A DNA stretch of 64,000 nt from an uncultured Calditrichota bacterium (lineage in GTDB: Bacteria > Calditrichota > Calditrichia > Calditrichales > CAYPHA01): contig CAYPHA010000012.1 of assembly GCA_964410215.1 (NCBI GenBank), positions 6,308 through 70,307 of the forward strand, in the 5' to 3' direction. This document shows positions 8,798 through 18,219 of the stretch, piece after piece. Within the stretch, counting starts at the first letter, position 1. Each line of letters opens with the position of its first letter. The translations under genes were made by a program, and so were the position numbers. Under the pieces are notes generated by a model. That model was not told the origin of the DNA. It worked only from the letters and a program-made list of their open reading frames with translations, and ran no database searches.

Positions 8798-10390
8798 TTG
8801 ATGCGCGCAGGTATGGGAATAGTAATAATGATGATACTGGCAACAGGTAACCAGGCATGGGCTGATGGAATCACCCGGTCGACCGGACTTGGTTTTAAAC
8901 TGAGTTTCTGGAATGTTGCGGACCAGAAGACGCGCATCAGTACGAGCAATTACGGTGAAGATGCAAATATCAGTATCGGCGGGGTCGGTGTGTGGATTAA
9001 TTATCATTCCAGGCTCCGCCGGAACTGGTTTATGGAGTTTAAACTGGGTGCCATCGGCGGGCTGACGGCAAAACAGGAAAATTATGTCGTCAATACACAG
9101 GAGGTGTCCTCTGTGATACCTGTTTTGCTGGGACTCCGTTATGACATATTGTCGGAACGGATGCCTACTAAAATTGAACCGTATATCAATGTGGGCGCCG
9201 GGTTTTATGCCATGACCCGGGTCCATACAACAGGAAATCTGAATGAAGAGCAATCCATCGATACGGACCGGGAATTCGGTGGCTACATCGGTGGCGGGGC
9301 CTTCCTGGTGATGACCGACTGGCTGGCCCTGAACGCCGGACTGCGTTATCATTTTGTTGATTTCACCGTTGACAACCGGTTCAGTGGCGTGGAAGTGGGG
9401 ATCGGTACCACCTTCATGTGGGGAAGTACGGAAGAAATTTTCCGGATTGAGTCGATCGATGTGATGACACCGCATATCTATCCGGCCTATTACCAGTTCT
9501 ATAACCTGTTCCCGATTGTCATGGTCACGGTCCGGAATACGGCGAATTACCCGATTGAGCTTAATATCCGGTCAAATATCCGCGGCTACTCGGAACGGGC
9601 CCACCAGACCGGGTTCACACGGATTCCTAAAGGACAGGAGGAACGCATACCGGTACACGCCATATTCGGCACAAAACTGTTGAGCGCTTCGTTCCGCGAA
9701 CCGGCCGTCGTCGATCTGCACATCGAAGCCCGCTCAGGATCAATGCACAATAAAATGATGAGTGTCCAGGTGATGGTGCATGGTAAAAATGCCTGGGATG
9801 GTGACAGTAATAAACTGCAGTTTTTTGTCACACCCGATGATCCGGAAATTCTGGCAAAAGCACGCGGAATGGTTAAACAGCTTACGGATAGTACATCAAA
9901 AGATCACGATAATATGATTCTGGCCCGGCACCTGTTCAATGCGCTCAGGGATCAGGGCCTTCGGTATCTGAATGATCCCAATGTGCCTTATTACAAAGAT
10001 GACCGGGTGCAATTTGCATCGGAAACATTAGCGCAGGGTACCGGGGATTGCGATGACCTCGTTGTTCTTTACGCATCACTGCTGGAAAGTCTTGGTATTC
10101 GAACGGCTTTCGTTGACGAGCAGGATCCGGAAGAGCCGATTGCACACCTCTACCTGATGTTTGATTCCGGCCTTCCGGCTGAGGAAGCCGCCTCTATTTC
10201 AGGCAATGAAAAAAAATATGTCATCCGGGAAACCGGGAGCAGTCGGAATGTATGGATTCCGGTAGAAACGACGCTTGTTGCAGAAGGCTTCGAACAGGCC
10301 TGGCAATCAGGGGCATTACGTTATCTGAAAAATGGAATTCTTCGTGAAGGCCTGGTTTCCGGATGGGTCCATATTATCGATTTGGACTGA
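8798..10390 (+). CDS. outer-membrane beta-barrel domain fused to a beta-sandwich and a C-terminal transglutaminase-like (Cys protease fold) domain
   Basis: Residues 1-210 are paralogous to the preceding ORF. The C-terminus carries a transglutaminase-core-like Cys (QGTGDCDDLVVLYASLLESLGIRTAFV), His (IAHLYLMF) and an acidic residue (WIPVETT). Confidence 0.55.
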   Translation: MMRAGMGIVIMMILATGNQAWADGITRSTGLGFKLSFWNVADQKTRISTSNYGEDANISIGGVGVWINYHSRLRRNWFMEFKLGAIGGLTAKQENYVVNTQEVSSVIPVLLGLRYDILSERMPTKIEPYINVGAGFYAMTRVHTTGNLNEEQSIDTDREFGGYIGGGAFLVMTDWLALNAGLRYHFVDFTVDNRFSGVEVGIGTTFMWGSTEEIFRIESIDVMTPHIYPAYYQFYNLFPIVMVTVRNTANYPIELNIRSNIRGYSERAHQTGFTRIPKGQEERIPVHAIFGTKLLSASFREPAVVDLHIEARSGSMHNKMMSVQVMVHGKNAWDGDSNKLQFFVTPDDPEILAKARGMVKQLTDSTSKDHDNMILARHLFNALRDQGLRYLNDPNVPYYKDDRVQFASETLAQGTGDCDDLVVLYASLLESLGIRTAFVDEQDPEEPIAHLYLMFDSGLPAEEAASISGNEKKYVIRETGSSRNVWIPVETTLVAEGFEQAWQSGALRYLKNGILREGLVSGWVHIIDLD

Positions 10391-10416
10391 ATTAATGACA
10401 CAAAAGGGGTAACACC

Positions 10417-11124
10417 ATGAAAAAATTAATGCATATTTTCATAATTATACTAAGCAGTATTTCGTTTTCATTGGCGGCCACAGTTGAAATTTCCGCAATG
10501 GAAGGAGATGTTAAGATCCGAAAAGGGCTCGATGAGCACTGGCAAACGGCCGTGACCGGCATGCTACTCGAAGAAATTGATACAATACTTACGGGAAAAT
10601 CTGGAAATGCAACACTAATCCTGGCTGATGGCAGAAAATTCCGTCTTGGTCCGGAAGCGGTTTTAGATATCGGCGATTTGCGTAAGATGAAGGAAAAGGA
10701 TTTGTTTCTGTACCTGATGTCAAAAAAGGTGGATAATCTGGCTCCGGTGAAGAGCAAAGCTAAAATAAAGATCGGTAATGTAAGTGTCGTGCACGGCTCA
10801 AAGACAGTGCTCGACAGCATCGAAGTAACGGCAGACACCAATGACTGGTATCAACGGGAGAAAAACGGGGCCGAGGCGATTTACGGCAATGCCCTGTATC
10901 CCAATGCCGTCATGAAAATGCATAAGATATTGAACAAGTATGATGATCTACCGGACCAGGGTGAACTGTATTATCTTATGGCAAAGTCGTTTGAATCCAT
11001 GGAAGAACAAGGCCAGGCGATTGACCATTATGAGCAAGCGATCGAACACGCTCAGGAAAACGATGTCAGTGATCCGTGGATAGGGCAGGCACGGGATGCT
11101 CTCAAAAGGTTGAATAAAGAGTAA
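10417..11124 (+). CDS. secreted FecR-domain-like protein with TPR-like C-terminus
   Basis: Signal peptide. FecR-like block GDVKIRKG..WQTAVTGMLLEEIDTILTGKSGNATLILADGRKFRLGPEAVLDI. Helical repeat tail. Confidence 0.5.
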   Translation: MKKLMHIFIIILSSISFSLAATVEISAMEGDVKIRKGLDEHWQTAVTGMLLEEIDTILTGKSGNATLILADGRKFRLGPEAVLDIGDLRKMKEKDLFLYLMSKKVDNLAPVKSKAKIKIGNVSVVHGSKTVLDSIEVTADTNDWYQREKNGAEAIYGNALYPNAVMKMHKILNKYDDLPDQGELYYLMAKSFESMEEQGQAIDHYEQAIEHAQENDVSDPWIGQARDALKRLNKE

Positions 11125-11250
11125 GGAACGTTCACCCAGGTAACACCTGTACGCAATACGTTATGTGTCATAACTCATCAGGTTTAAAGCCTAACAGGAA
11201 ATCTACGTTCTTTATACCGGCATGATGACTTAATAACAGGAGAAAGAAAA

Positions 11251-12051
11251 ATGTATAACCTTATAAAATTCAGTATGATAAGCACGATTATCATTACCTT
11301 TGTAACAGGATGTACGATCTATACACCGTTAGATGATGATGAAGTGGATAATAACCATCATTCCGTAAGCAGTACATTTGCTTACAACATCCAACCCGAC
11401 GGACAGAAGAAGCTGTCACTGGAAGGCATTAACGGATCCGTTCATATTGTTGGAACCGATGATACGATGATCCGTATTGAGGGAGAACGGATTGTTGGTT
11501 CTGATTCAGAAGAAGATGCGGACCGCCATCTCGATTATCTGAGGGTTGAAATTCACGAATACCGGGATGTTATAGAGGTTCAGACCATTCAGCCCGCATC
11601 GTCGGAAGGACGGGATTACAGGGTAAATTATGAAATACATATTCCGCATGACTGGAATGTCTGTTTTGTGCTTGCGAATGGTAACGCGACCCTCGATTCT
11701 CTCAGCGGAGACATATGCGGGGAGATCGTGAACGGTGAATTTATACTGCATGAAGATAGGGGTAACATTGCCGTCGGAGCGACAAATGGAAATATTCTGG
11801 CAGATATTCAGATCCCTTTTGAAGGATACTGCGAGATGGCCGTAGTTAACGGTAATATAAATCTCACCATACCGAAGGAAACGGATGCGGAACTGCACGC
11901 ATCCGTTGTAAACGGCATTATTTCGGTGGGCAATCTTACGATGAACTACCTTAGTCAGTCGCGTTCTGAGGTACGGGGTACGATGGGCACTGGAGATGCC
12001 TCCATTGATTTGGTGACGGTAAACGGCACGATTATGGTAAGGGGAAAATGA
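11251..12051 (+). CDS. lipoprotein with DUF4097-like (putative adhesin/YvlB-like) beta-helical repeats
   Basis: Lipobox (FVTGC). Repeated NG-I/V motifs (INGSVHIVG, VNGEFIL, TNGNILADI, VNGNINLTIP, VNGIISVG, VNGTIMVRG). Confidence 0.6.
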   Translation: MYNLIKFSMISTIIITFVTGCTIYTPLDDDEVDNNHHSVSSTFAYNIQPDGQKKLSLEGINGSVHIVGTDDTMIRIEGERIVGSDSEEDADRHLDYLRVEIHEYRDVIEVQTIQPASSEGRDYRVNYEIHIPHDWNVCFVLANGNATLDSLSGDICGEIVNGEFILHEDRGNIAVGATNGNILADIQIPFEGYCEMAVVNGNINLTIPKETDAELHASVVNGIISVGNLTMNYLSQSRSEVRGTMGTGDASIDLVTVNGTIMVRGK

Positions 12052-12413
12052 TGGTACATGGAAATAAGAATGCGGGATTACAGATATTTATTCTGATTAC
12101 ACGGATTAGTTTACTGGTATGCATCCTGGGATTTTTTAAAAGTCTTGCAGCAGGTGATGTCAATGATGCGACGATAAGCGGATTTGTTCTGGATGAAACC
12201 AACGGTGAAGCCTTAATCGGGGTCAATATTTTTCTGGAAGAGACCCTGATCGGGGGTAGCACGAACCTGAGCGGCTATTATGTGGTCCCGGAGATACCTG
12301 CCGGAACGTATACTATCGTCTTCAGCCACGTCGGTTACAAGCCCGTCAGAAAAACGGTCAGCCTGGTACCCCGGCAGCGGACACATCGATCTTCGTCTGT
12401 CGCTTTTCTATAG
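12048..12413 (+). CDS. stand-alone CarboxypepD_reg-like domain protein, probably frameshifted near its 3' end
   Basis: ISGFVLDETNGEALIGVNIFL..GYYVVPEIPAGTYTIVFSHVGYKPVRKTVSL matches the domain that normally heads TonB-dependent receptors. No plug or barrel follows. The +1 frame after the CCCC run (12369-12372) reads GSGHIDLRLS. Confidence 0.5.
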   Translation: MMVHGNKNAGLQIFILITRISLLVCILGFFKSLAAGDVNDATISGFVLDETNGEALIGVNIFLEETLIGGSTNLSGYYVVPEIPAGTYTIVFSHVGYKPVRKTVSLVPRQRTHRSSSVAFL

Positions 12414-12479
12414 GGATCCTGAAACAAAGGATCAGCTTTTTCGTTTATACGATTAACTCAATACAGGGCCTATTGTCAC

Positions 12480-13289
12480 ATGCGTGAAAAAGCTCGTGAT
12501 CTGACATTCATATTAAGCCTGGTTTCTATTATTCTAATCGGCGTATATTTAACATATAAGCAATTCCAATCGGGTGAGGCCGGTCGATATTTATTAACGT
12601 TAGGTGAAAAAGTACTGGCAATGGTACCAGAAAGTTCGCAACAGGATGAACTCGAAAAGCTATACCAGAGTTTTTTGCAAAAGTATGAGGCCCGTGAAAT
12701 AAAACCGGAACAGGTTGAAAAAATTGCAGCAAATGTCATTAATTTAAAAAATTCGGATACTGTTGTGACCCCAGAACAGTTTAAAGCTGCCTTAACGATT
12801 GAAGTGGAATCCCGGGAACGCCGAAGTCTGTCTTCAGCTAACGAATTATCAATCTTACCGGAAGCACCACCCCTTGTTTCTCAGGTAGAAATGCCTTCAA
12901 TGCCCCTGGAAAATCCTCCGAAGCCTGAGGAATGGGAGGCACTTAAAACGCGTATCAGTGCAATTATGGAATTTGAGAGGGAAATTCAAAACGAGAAATT
13001 AACCGGTAAATCTGGGCAGAGCGTATTCAATTTCAGGCTAAACAATGAATTGAAAGTTATTATGGATGAAGAAAAATTGAAAAAATTAGAACAAATTCAT
13101 AAGAAACGTCTGGAAAAATCGCTAAAAAATCTGGAACAGCTTGAATTGCTGATATGGGATCAGGAGACAGAAGACCCTGGAATTAAATTTGAACTAGAAG
13201 AATTAAATGAGCAGATGAATATACAGATTGAAGGTCTCGATTCGTTGAAAGCACTGGAGCGGGAAGTTCAGAAAATGATTGAAAATTGA
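12480..13289 (+). CDS. hypothetical membrane-anchored coiled-coil protein
   Basis: One N-terminal TM segment. Lys/Glu-rich helical remainder. AT-rich. No recognisable family and no obvious SD. Confidence 0.45.
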   Translation: MREKARDLTFILSLVSIILIGVYLTYKQFQSGEAGRYLLTLGEKVLAMVPESSQQDELEKLYQSFLQKYEAREIKPEQVEKIAANVINLKNSDTVVTPEQFKAALTIEVESRERRSLSSANELSILPEAPPLVSQVEMPSMPLENPPKPEEWEALKTRISAIMEFEREIQNEKLTGKSGQSVFNFRLNNELKVIMDEEKLKKLEQIHKKRLEKSLKNLEQLELLIWDQETEDPGIKFELEELNEQMNIQIEGLDSLKALEREVQKMIEN

Positions 13290-13331
13290 AATGCGACAGA
13301 GCTTGTTATCTTAAATGCTTCTTGTTATCCT

Positions 13332-14660
13332 CTAATCAGTGATGAATTCTTTTATTTTTTTATTTGACTGACTCCGAGTAATAGCCCGTTCAAAAGCTTC
13401 CAGCGACTTCGTAAATTTCTTCAGTTCCTCTGATTTTTCCTGGACCGGATCATTCAGCCCGTTTTTCTCGAGGGCTGTTATGATTTTTGCCAGGGTCAGG
13501 TCCGAAGGATCCCTGGCGGGTTGATAGGCCATTTCTTCATCCTGTTCACTTTTAATCTCCGCGATGATACCGGAAGATTGCAGATCATAGATTAGTTGCT
13601 GAAGCAGGCGCAGTGGAATTTCCAGTTTCTGTGATATGTCTGACATCGTCAGCGGTGGCCGGCCTTTCAGGAACGCCTGCACAATATGTGTGACGATTTG
13701 TAGGGAAATGATTTTCTTGGCGGAAAAACTGAGATGGGAAGAATCATATTCATGTTCATAGGAGTCAAAATTCTGATGAAAGAAATTGATCTCAGCGCCC
13801 AGCAGTACGATAAGCCAGCTGATCTGCATCCAGATAATAAAAAGGGGAATGGCAGCGAAACTGCCGTAAATAGCATTGTATTTGGCAACACCGACCTGAA
13901 GGCTGATATAGGACCACTGGACAATCTGGTACAACGTGCCAATTAAAATACCGGCCCAGATTCCTGATCGGTAACGCACCCTGGTATTGGGCAGAAACAC
14001 ATACATAAATGAAAACAGGATCCAGGTGATAATATAGGGGATCATCTTTAAAAGGAAGAAAACCACAAATTCGCCAAATCCCGCGAATACCTCGGCATCG
14101 GCCAGGGCGCTGATTTGTGATTTGATATAAACGGTACTGCTGCTGGAGAGCAGAATCAGGATCGGGAGGATAACCATCAGGGAAAGGTAATCACTGAATT
14201 TGCGTCCGATCGAACGCGCTTTCTTGATACCCCAGATATCGTTAAATGATTTTTCGATATTGCCGAGGACGTTGATGACACTCCAGAAAAGGACAATTAC
14301 ACCGATTCCGGCAATCAATCCGCCCTGCGTGCTTTCCAGGAGCGACTGGGCGAAATAAATGACCTGTGTGAGTATGGTCTCCTGTTCCGGGATCTGCTCG
14401 ATTAATTGCTGTTCAAGCAGTTTCTCATAACCGAATCCTTTGGCCATGCCGAATGCCAGGGCCAGCACGGGCACGATAGAGAGGAGGGTATATAAAGTCA
14501 TTGCGTATGCGCGAAGAGGGCAGTTATCTTCGAAAAAGCCGCGCCATGCCAGCATGAATACCTTGACCTGTTTGATAATAAACGCTTTCCAGGCCGGCAG
14601 ATCCCGGATATAGATCCGCCAGATATCTTTTTTAAAAAACGTTCGGATCTGTGTATACAT
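13332..14660 (-). CDS. YihY/BrkB family inner-membrane protein with C-terminal soluble extension
   Basis: Typical YihY N-terminus (FFEDNCPLRAYAMTLYTLLSIVP) and six TM segments (AIYGSFAAIPLFIIWMQISWLIVLLGAEI), plus about 120 aa of helical tail. Confidence 0.75.
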   Translation of the reverse strand: MYTQIRTFFKKDIWRIYIRDLPAWKAFIIKQVKVFMLAWRGFFEDNCPLRAYAMTLYTLLSIVPVLALAFGMAKGFGYEKLLEQQLIEQIPEQETILTQVIYFAQSLLESTQGGLIAGIGVIVLFWSVINVLGNIEKSFNDIWGIKKARSIGRKFSDYLSLMVILPILILLSSSSTVYIKSQISALADAEVFAGFGEFVVFFLLKMIPYIITWILFSFMYVFLPNTRVRYRSGIWAGILIGTLYQIVQWSYISLQVGVAKYNAIYGSFAAIPLFIIWMQISWLIVLLGAEINFFHQNFDSYEHEYDSSHLSFSAKKIISLQIVTHIVQAFLKGRPPLTMSDISQKLEIPLRLLQQLIYDLQSSGIIAEIKSEQDEEMAYQPARDPSDLTLAKIITALEKNGLNDPVQEKSEELKKFTKSLEAFERAITRSQSNKKIKEFITD

Positions 14661-14674
14661 CGTTTCCTGCCCGG

Positions 14675-15457
14675 TTAAATGTACGGTATGCTGCCCTTAC
14701 GGGCCTTTGAAATTTCGACCATTACTTCGGAAAGTGCTTCGGTCAGGCCTTCCACATAACGTTTTCCCTTCTCATAGGTAGCCTTCTCCGGATTACCGGA
14801 GCCCGTATCGGGATGGGAATGACGCCATGGACGTGGCGTCCAGACGCCGGGCCGGCTGAATGAAGTAAGTTTAAAAGGAACGCGATTACCACTGCCGGCT
14901 TCCGACAGATCGATTTTATTCCCGCTCAGGTACATCATCATGCTGGTTTCCAGTTCTCCGGCATGATCACCCGGTTCTTCGAACAGTTCGTTTACCAGTT
15001 CCGGAATCATTTCATACAGGTTGACAAGGGTGATCAGTACCGGAAAGGAACTCTGCATATCCCGAATCAGGGGTTTGAAGTTATTACCTCCATGCGCATT
15101 TACCAGGATCAGCCTGTCCAGGTTTTGTTTAACAAGTGAATGAACCACATCGGAAAGTATCATCATTGCCGTACTCGTTGACAAATGGATGGTGGTTACC
15201 TGGTCCAGTTGCTGGGCGTTGTTTCCGAACGGTACCGGAGGTAAAACGATCACCCGGGCACCCTGCCGCCAGGCTTTTTCGGCGGCCCGTTTGGAAATAT
15301 CACGGGCCTGTATAACGTCCGATGTATGCGGAAGATGATAATTATGGGCTTCCGTAGCTCCCCAGGGAAGTATGGCGACATCCGGTTTAGCTTCTGTTAA
15401 GTGTTTGAGCGTCGCATGATCCAGATCATAGGGTTTGTCTGTCACCTTAACCTCCAT
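14675..15457 (-). CDS. creatininase-family amidohydrolase
   Basis: ILPWGATEAHNYHLPHTSD and VNAHGGN motifs of the creatinine amidohydrolase family. Confidence 0.7.
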   Translation of the reverse strand: MEVKVTDKPYDLDHATLKHLTEAKPDVAILPWGATEAHNYHLPHTSDVIQARDISKRAAEKAWRQGARVIVLPPVPFGNNAQQLDQVTTIHLSTSTAMMILSDVVHSLVKQNLDRLILVNAHGGNNFKPLIRDMQSSFPVLITLVNLYEMIPELVNELFEEPGDHAGELETSMMMYLSGNKIDLSEAGSGNRVPFKLTSFSRPGVWTPRPWRHSHPDTGSGNPEKATYEKGKRYVEGLTEALSEVMVEISKARKGSIPYI

Positions 15458-15521
15458 GTAACTGTTTAGGGTGTTTACGAGCTATGGGTAAACTACGCAT
15501 TTTCTATGAAAAATAGCAAGT

Positions 15522-17021
15522 TCAGGAAATGGAATCATTTGATAATCTTGCGGCAGCCTCGTTCAATGCCATCCAGGCCTTTTCAACGTGGACTCTCCGG
15601 GTATTTGTCTGTCCGATACTCATTCGGAGCGTAAACATGTCATCCAGAACAGTATGGGACAAAAAGAGTTTGCCCTCCCGGTTGACGGTATCCATGAGCA
15701 CTTTATTAAAGTCATTTCCGTTTTTATGCCGGAAGCAGACCAGGTTCAGCGGGACCGGTGCCGCCAGCTCAAATATTTCTGATCCTTCCACCCAGTGTGT
15801 AAATTCCCGGGCGAGTTCCACATGGTGACGAATAGCGGTCTGTAAACCTTCGATGCCATAATAACGAATGACAAACCACAGCTTTAAGGAACGAAACCGC
15901 CGGCCCAGGGGGATATGCCAGTCCCTGTAATCAAAAACAGCGCCCGATTCCGTAGCCTTGTTTTTTAAATAATCAGGCAGGATACTCAGCGTTCTGATCA
16001 GGACTTCCCGGTCGGCCACATAGAAACAATCACAGTCAAAATTGGTAAACATCCATTTATGAGGATTGAAACAGTAGCTGTCGGCATATTCCAGTCCTTC
16101 CAGGAATCCCCTGAATTCCGGACACAACGCGGCCGTACCGGACATGGCACCGTCAACATGAAACCATACATGTTCCTCGAGACACACTTTCCCGATGTCC
16201 GCCAGTGGATCCATGGCATTGGAAGATGTCGTTCCGACGGTTGCGCAGACGAAAAATGGTTCCAGTCCCCTTTTACGGTCATCCCGGATACGCTTCCGGA
16301 GTTCAGTGGGTTTCATTGCATAATGGTGATCAACAGGAACCTTCCGTAAATTAGAAGCGCCGATTCCGGCAATCTTTATGGCCTTTTCAAGTGAAGAATG
16401 GGCTTGATCGGAAACATAAGCAACAAAATTCTGTTTTGCACCCAGACGGTTCGATTCAAAACCGGTATATTTTTCGCGGGCTGCCAGGATGGCTGTTAAT
16501 GCCGCACTGGAGGCCGTATCCTGGATAACACCACCGCCGGTGGAAGTGGACTTAAATCGTTCCGGCAGGGCCATCATATCGACCAGCCAGTCCATGACGT
16601 GGGTTTCCAGTTCGGTACAGGCGGGACTGGTGGCCCAGAGCATACCCTGGACACCGAGTCCGGAAGAGAGGAGGTCCCCCAGAATAGACGGTCCCGAGGT
16701 ATTGGAGGGAAAATAGGCAAAAAAACCGGGTGACTGCCAGTGGGTGATTCCGGGAAGAAGGACATTGTCAACATCCTTCATGATATCCGCGATGCTTTCC
16801 CCTTCAAGCGGCGGTGAATCCGGAAGTCCTTTCCGCACTTCGCCCGGCTTCGAACGGGATAATACAGGAAATGATTCGATCTGTTCATAATAATCGGCAA
16901 TCCAGTCGATTATTTCTTTTCCGTATTTGCGGAATTCATCCGGTGACATATGGGGTGTGTGCATGATATCCCTCTGTAGTTGTTTCATCTTCAGTGCTGT
17001 TAAATATACTGTTTTTAACAT
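15522..17021 (-). CDS. group II PLP-dependent aromatic-L-amino-acid/tyrosine decarboxylase-like enzyme
   Basis: DDC-family motifs HSPGFFAYFP-like (WQSPGFFAYFP) and the PLP-lysine motif SYCFNPHKWMFTNFDC. The likely true start is the ATG at 16964 (MHTPHMSPDEF, AGGGA RBS). Confidence 0.8.
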   Translation of the reverse strand: MLKTVYLTALKMKQLQRDIMHTPHMSPDEFRKYGKEIIDWIADYYEQIESFPVLSRSKPGEVRKGLPDSPPLEGESIADIMKDVDNVLLPGITHWQSPGFFAYFPSNTSGPSILGDLLSSGLGVQGMLWATSPACTELETHVMDWLVDMMALPERFKSTSTGGGVIQDTASSAALTAILAAREKYTGFESNRLGAKQNFVAYVSDQAHSSLEKAIKIAGIGASNLRKVPVDHHYAMKPTELRKRIRDDRKRGLEPFFVCATVGTTSSNAMDPLADIGKVCLEEHVWFHVDGAMSGTAALCPEFRGFLEGLEYADSYCFNPHKWMFTNFDCDCFYVADREVLIRTLSILPDYLKNKATESGAVFDYRDWHIPLGRRFRSLKLWFVIRYYGIEGLQTAIRHHVELAREFTHWVEGSEIFELAAPVPLNLVCFRHKNGNDFNKVLMDTVNREGKLFLSHTVLDDMFTLRMSIGQTNTRRVHVEKAWMALNEAAARLSNDSIS

Positions 17022-17048
17022 TTTTTAAAAATTAATTTAAGATATACG

Positions 17049-18176
17049 TTGTTCCGTCCGTTATTTATATTAATAATTTTTCTGAATCAGGGAATAACCG
17101 GAATGAATAAAGAGATCCGATTGATCATAACGGAAGCCGAAGATTTTCCGTCATTGCCCAGTATCACCCTGAAGGTGTTTCAAATGGCAAGTGATCCGGA
17201 TGTTTCCATTCAGGCGATTTCGAAAGTCATTTCCAGCGATGCATCGATTGTCACGCGAATCATGAAGGTGGTCAATTCGGCCTTCTACGGATTTCAGAAG
17301 AAGATTACAAACATACAGCATGCCGTTTCCATTCTCGGGATAAACGCTATCAGGAATGTAGCCCTGACACTGTCATTAATCGACATTTTTCCTCAGAAAC
17401 AATCCGCTCATTTTACAGACCTTTTCCGGTGGTCGCTCTGTTCCGGTGTTACGGCAGACCTCATATCGGCCTTTGTCGGTATCAGCAACCGTTCTGAAGC
17501 ATTCCTTGCCGCTCTCCTTCAGAACCTGGGACAGTATATTTTCATGCGATACCTGGGGGAGCGCTATGTACGAATCATCCATGAAGCGCGCTCTCGGGGC
17601 ATGCGTCTTTCCATAATCGAGAAGGAAGTAATGGGTATTGACCATATGGAAGCCGGGAAACTGGTGGCTGAACGCTGGAACCTGCCCGAACCGGTAATGC
17701 TCGCCCTGAAATATAGTGAAAACCTGTCTGATGTGTATGAACAGAATTTTGACAAGAAAGTCGTCACATTGATCGAGACAGCCTATCTTTCAGGTCTGGT
17801 GGCGGAAGTGTATAACAACTGGAACAAAGCCGTTAATATTGAAACCTTCAAGCATAATTTCTCTAAAATATATCATATCGACCGATCTACGGCAGAAGAT
17901 ATTCTATCATCCATACCGCACCTTATCGAAGACCTGGGGACCAACTATAACATTGAAATCGGAAACATCCCGGGTTATGAACAACTCCTCCAGGAATCGT
18001 CGCAGGAATTGATTCAGAGTCTTGACAAATATGAAAAGACCTATACGGAATACCGTTTGATGCGTAAAGAGGTTCTGAAAAAGAATCAGAAAATTAATGA
18101 AGTAAATCTGGAGTTGTTGAAAGCGAAAAAACTTATTCAGAAAATAACACAAAAACCATCGCCAATATCCCGGTAA
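17049..18176 (+). CDS. HDOD-domain signalling protein with C-terminal coiled coil
   Basis: LPSLPSITLKVFQMASDPDVSIQAISKVISSDASIVTRIMKVVNSAFYG is a typical HDOD N-terminus. ATG at 17103 is a plausible alternative start. Confidence 0.7.
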   Translation: MFRPLFILIIFLNQGITGMNKEIRLIITEAEDFPSLPSITLKVFQMASDPDVSIQAISKVISSDASIVTRIMKVVNSAFYGFQKKITNIQHAVSILGINAIRNVALTLSLIDIFPQKQSAHFTDLFRWSLCSGVTADLISAFVGISNRSEAFLAALLQNLGQYIFMRYLGERYVRIIHEARSRGMRLSIIEKEVMGIDHMEAGKLVAERWNLPEPVMLALKYSENLSDVYEQNFDKKVVTLIETAYLSGLVAEVYNNWNKAVNIETFKHNFSKIYHIDRSTAEDILSSIPHLIEDLGTNYNIEIGNIPGYEQLLQESSQELIQSLDKYEKTYTEYRLMRKEVLKKNQKINEVNLELLKAKKLIQKITQKPSPISR

Positions 18177-18219
18177 ATGTGCTGTTTTCTATCGTTAAAT
18201 CATCCATAAGACGTAATTA

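Noticed and set aside
12048-12413. The start of a full TonB-dependent receptor.
   Set aside because: Only the CarboxypepD_reg domain is present. No plug or barrel sequence occurs in any frame downstream before the next gene at 12480.
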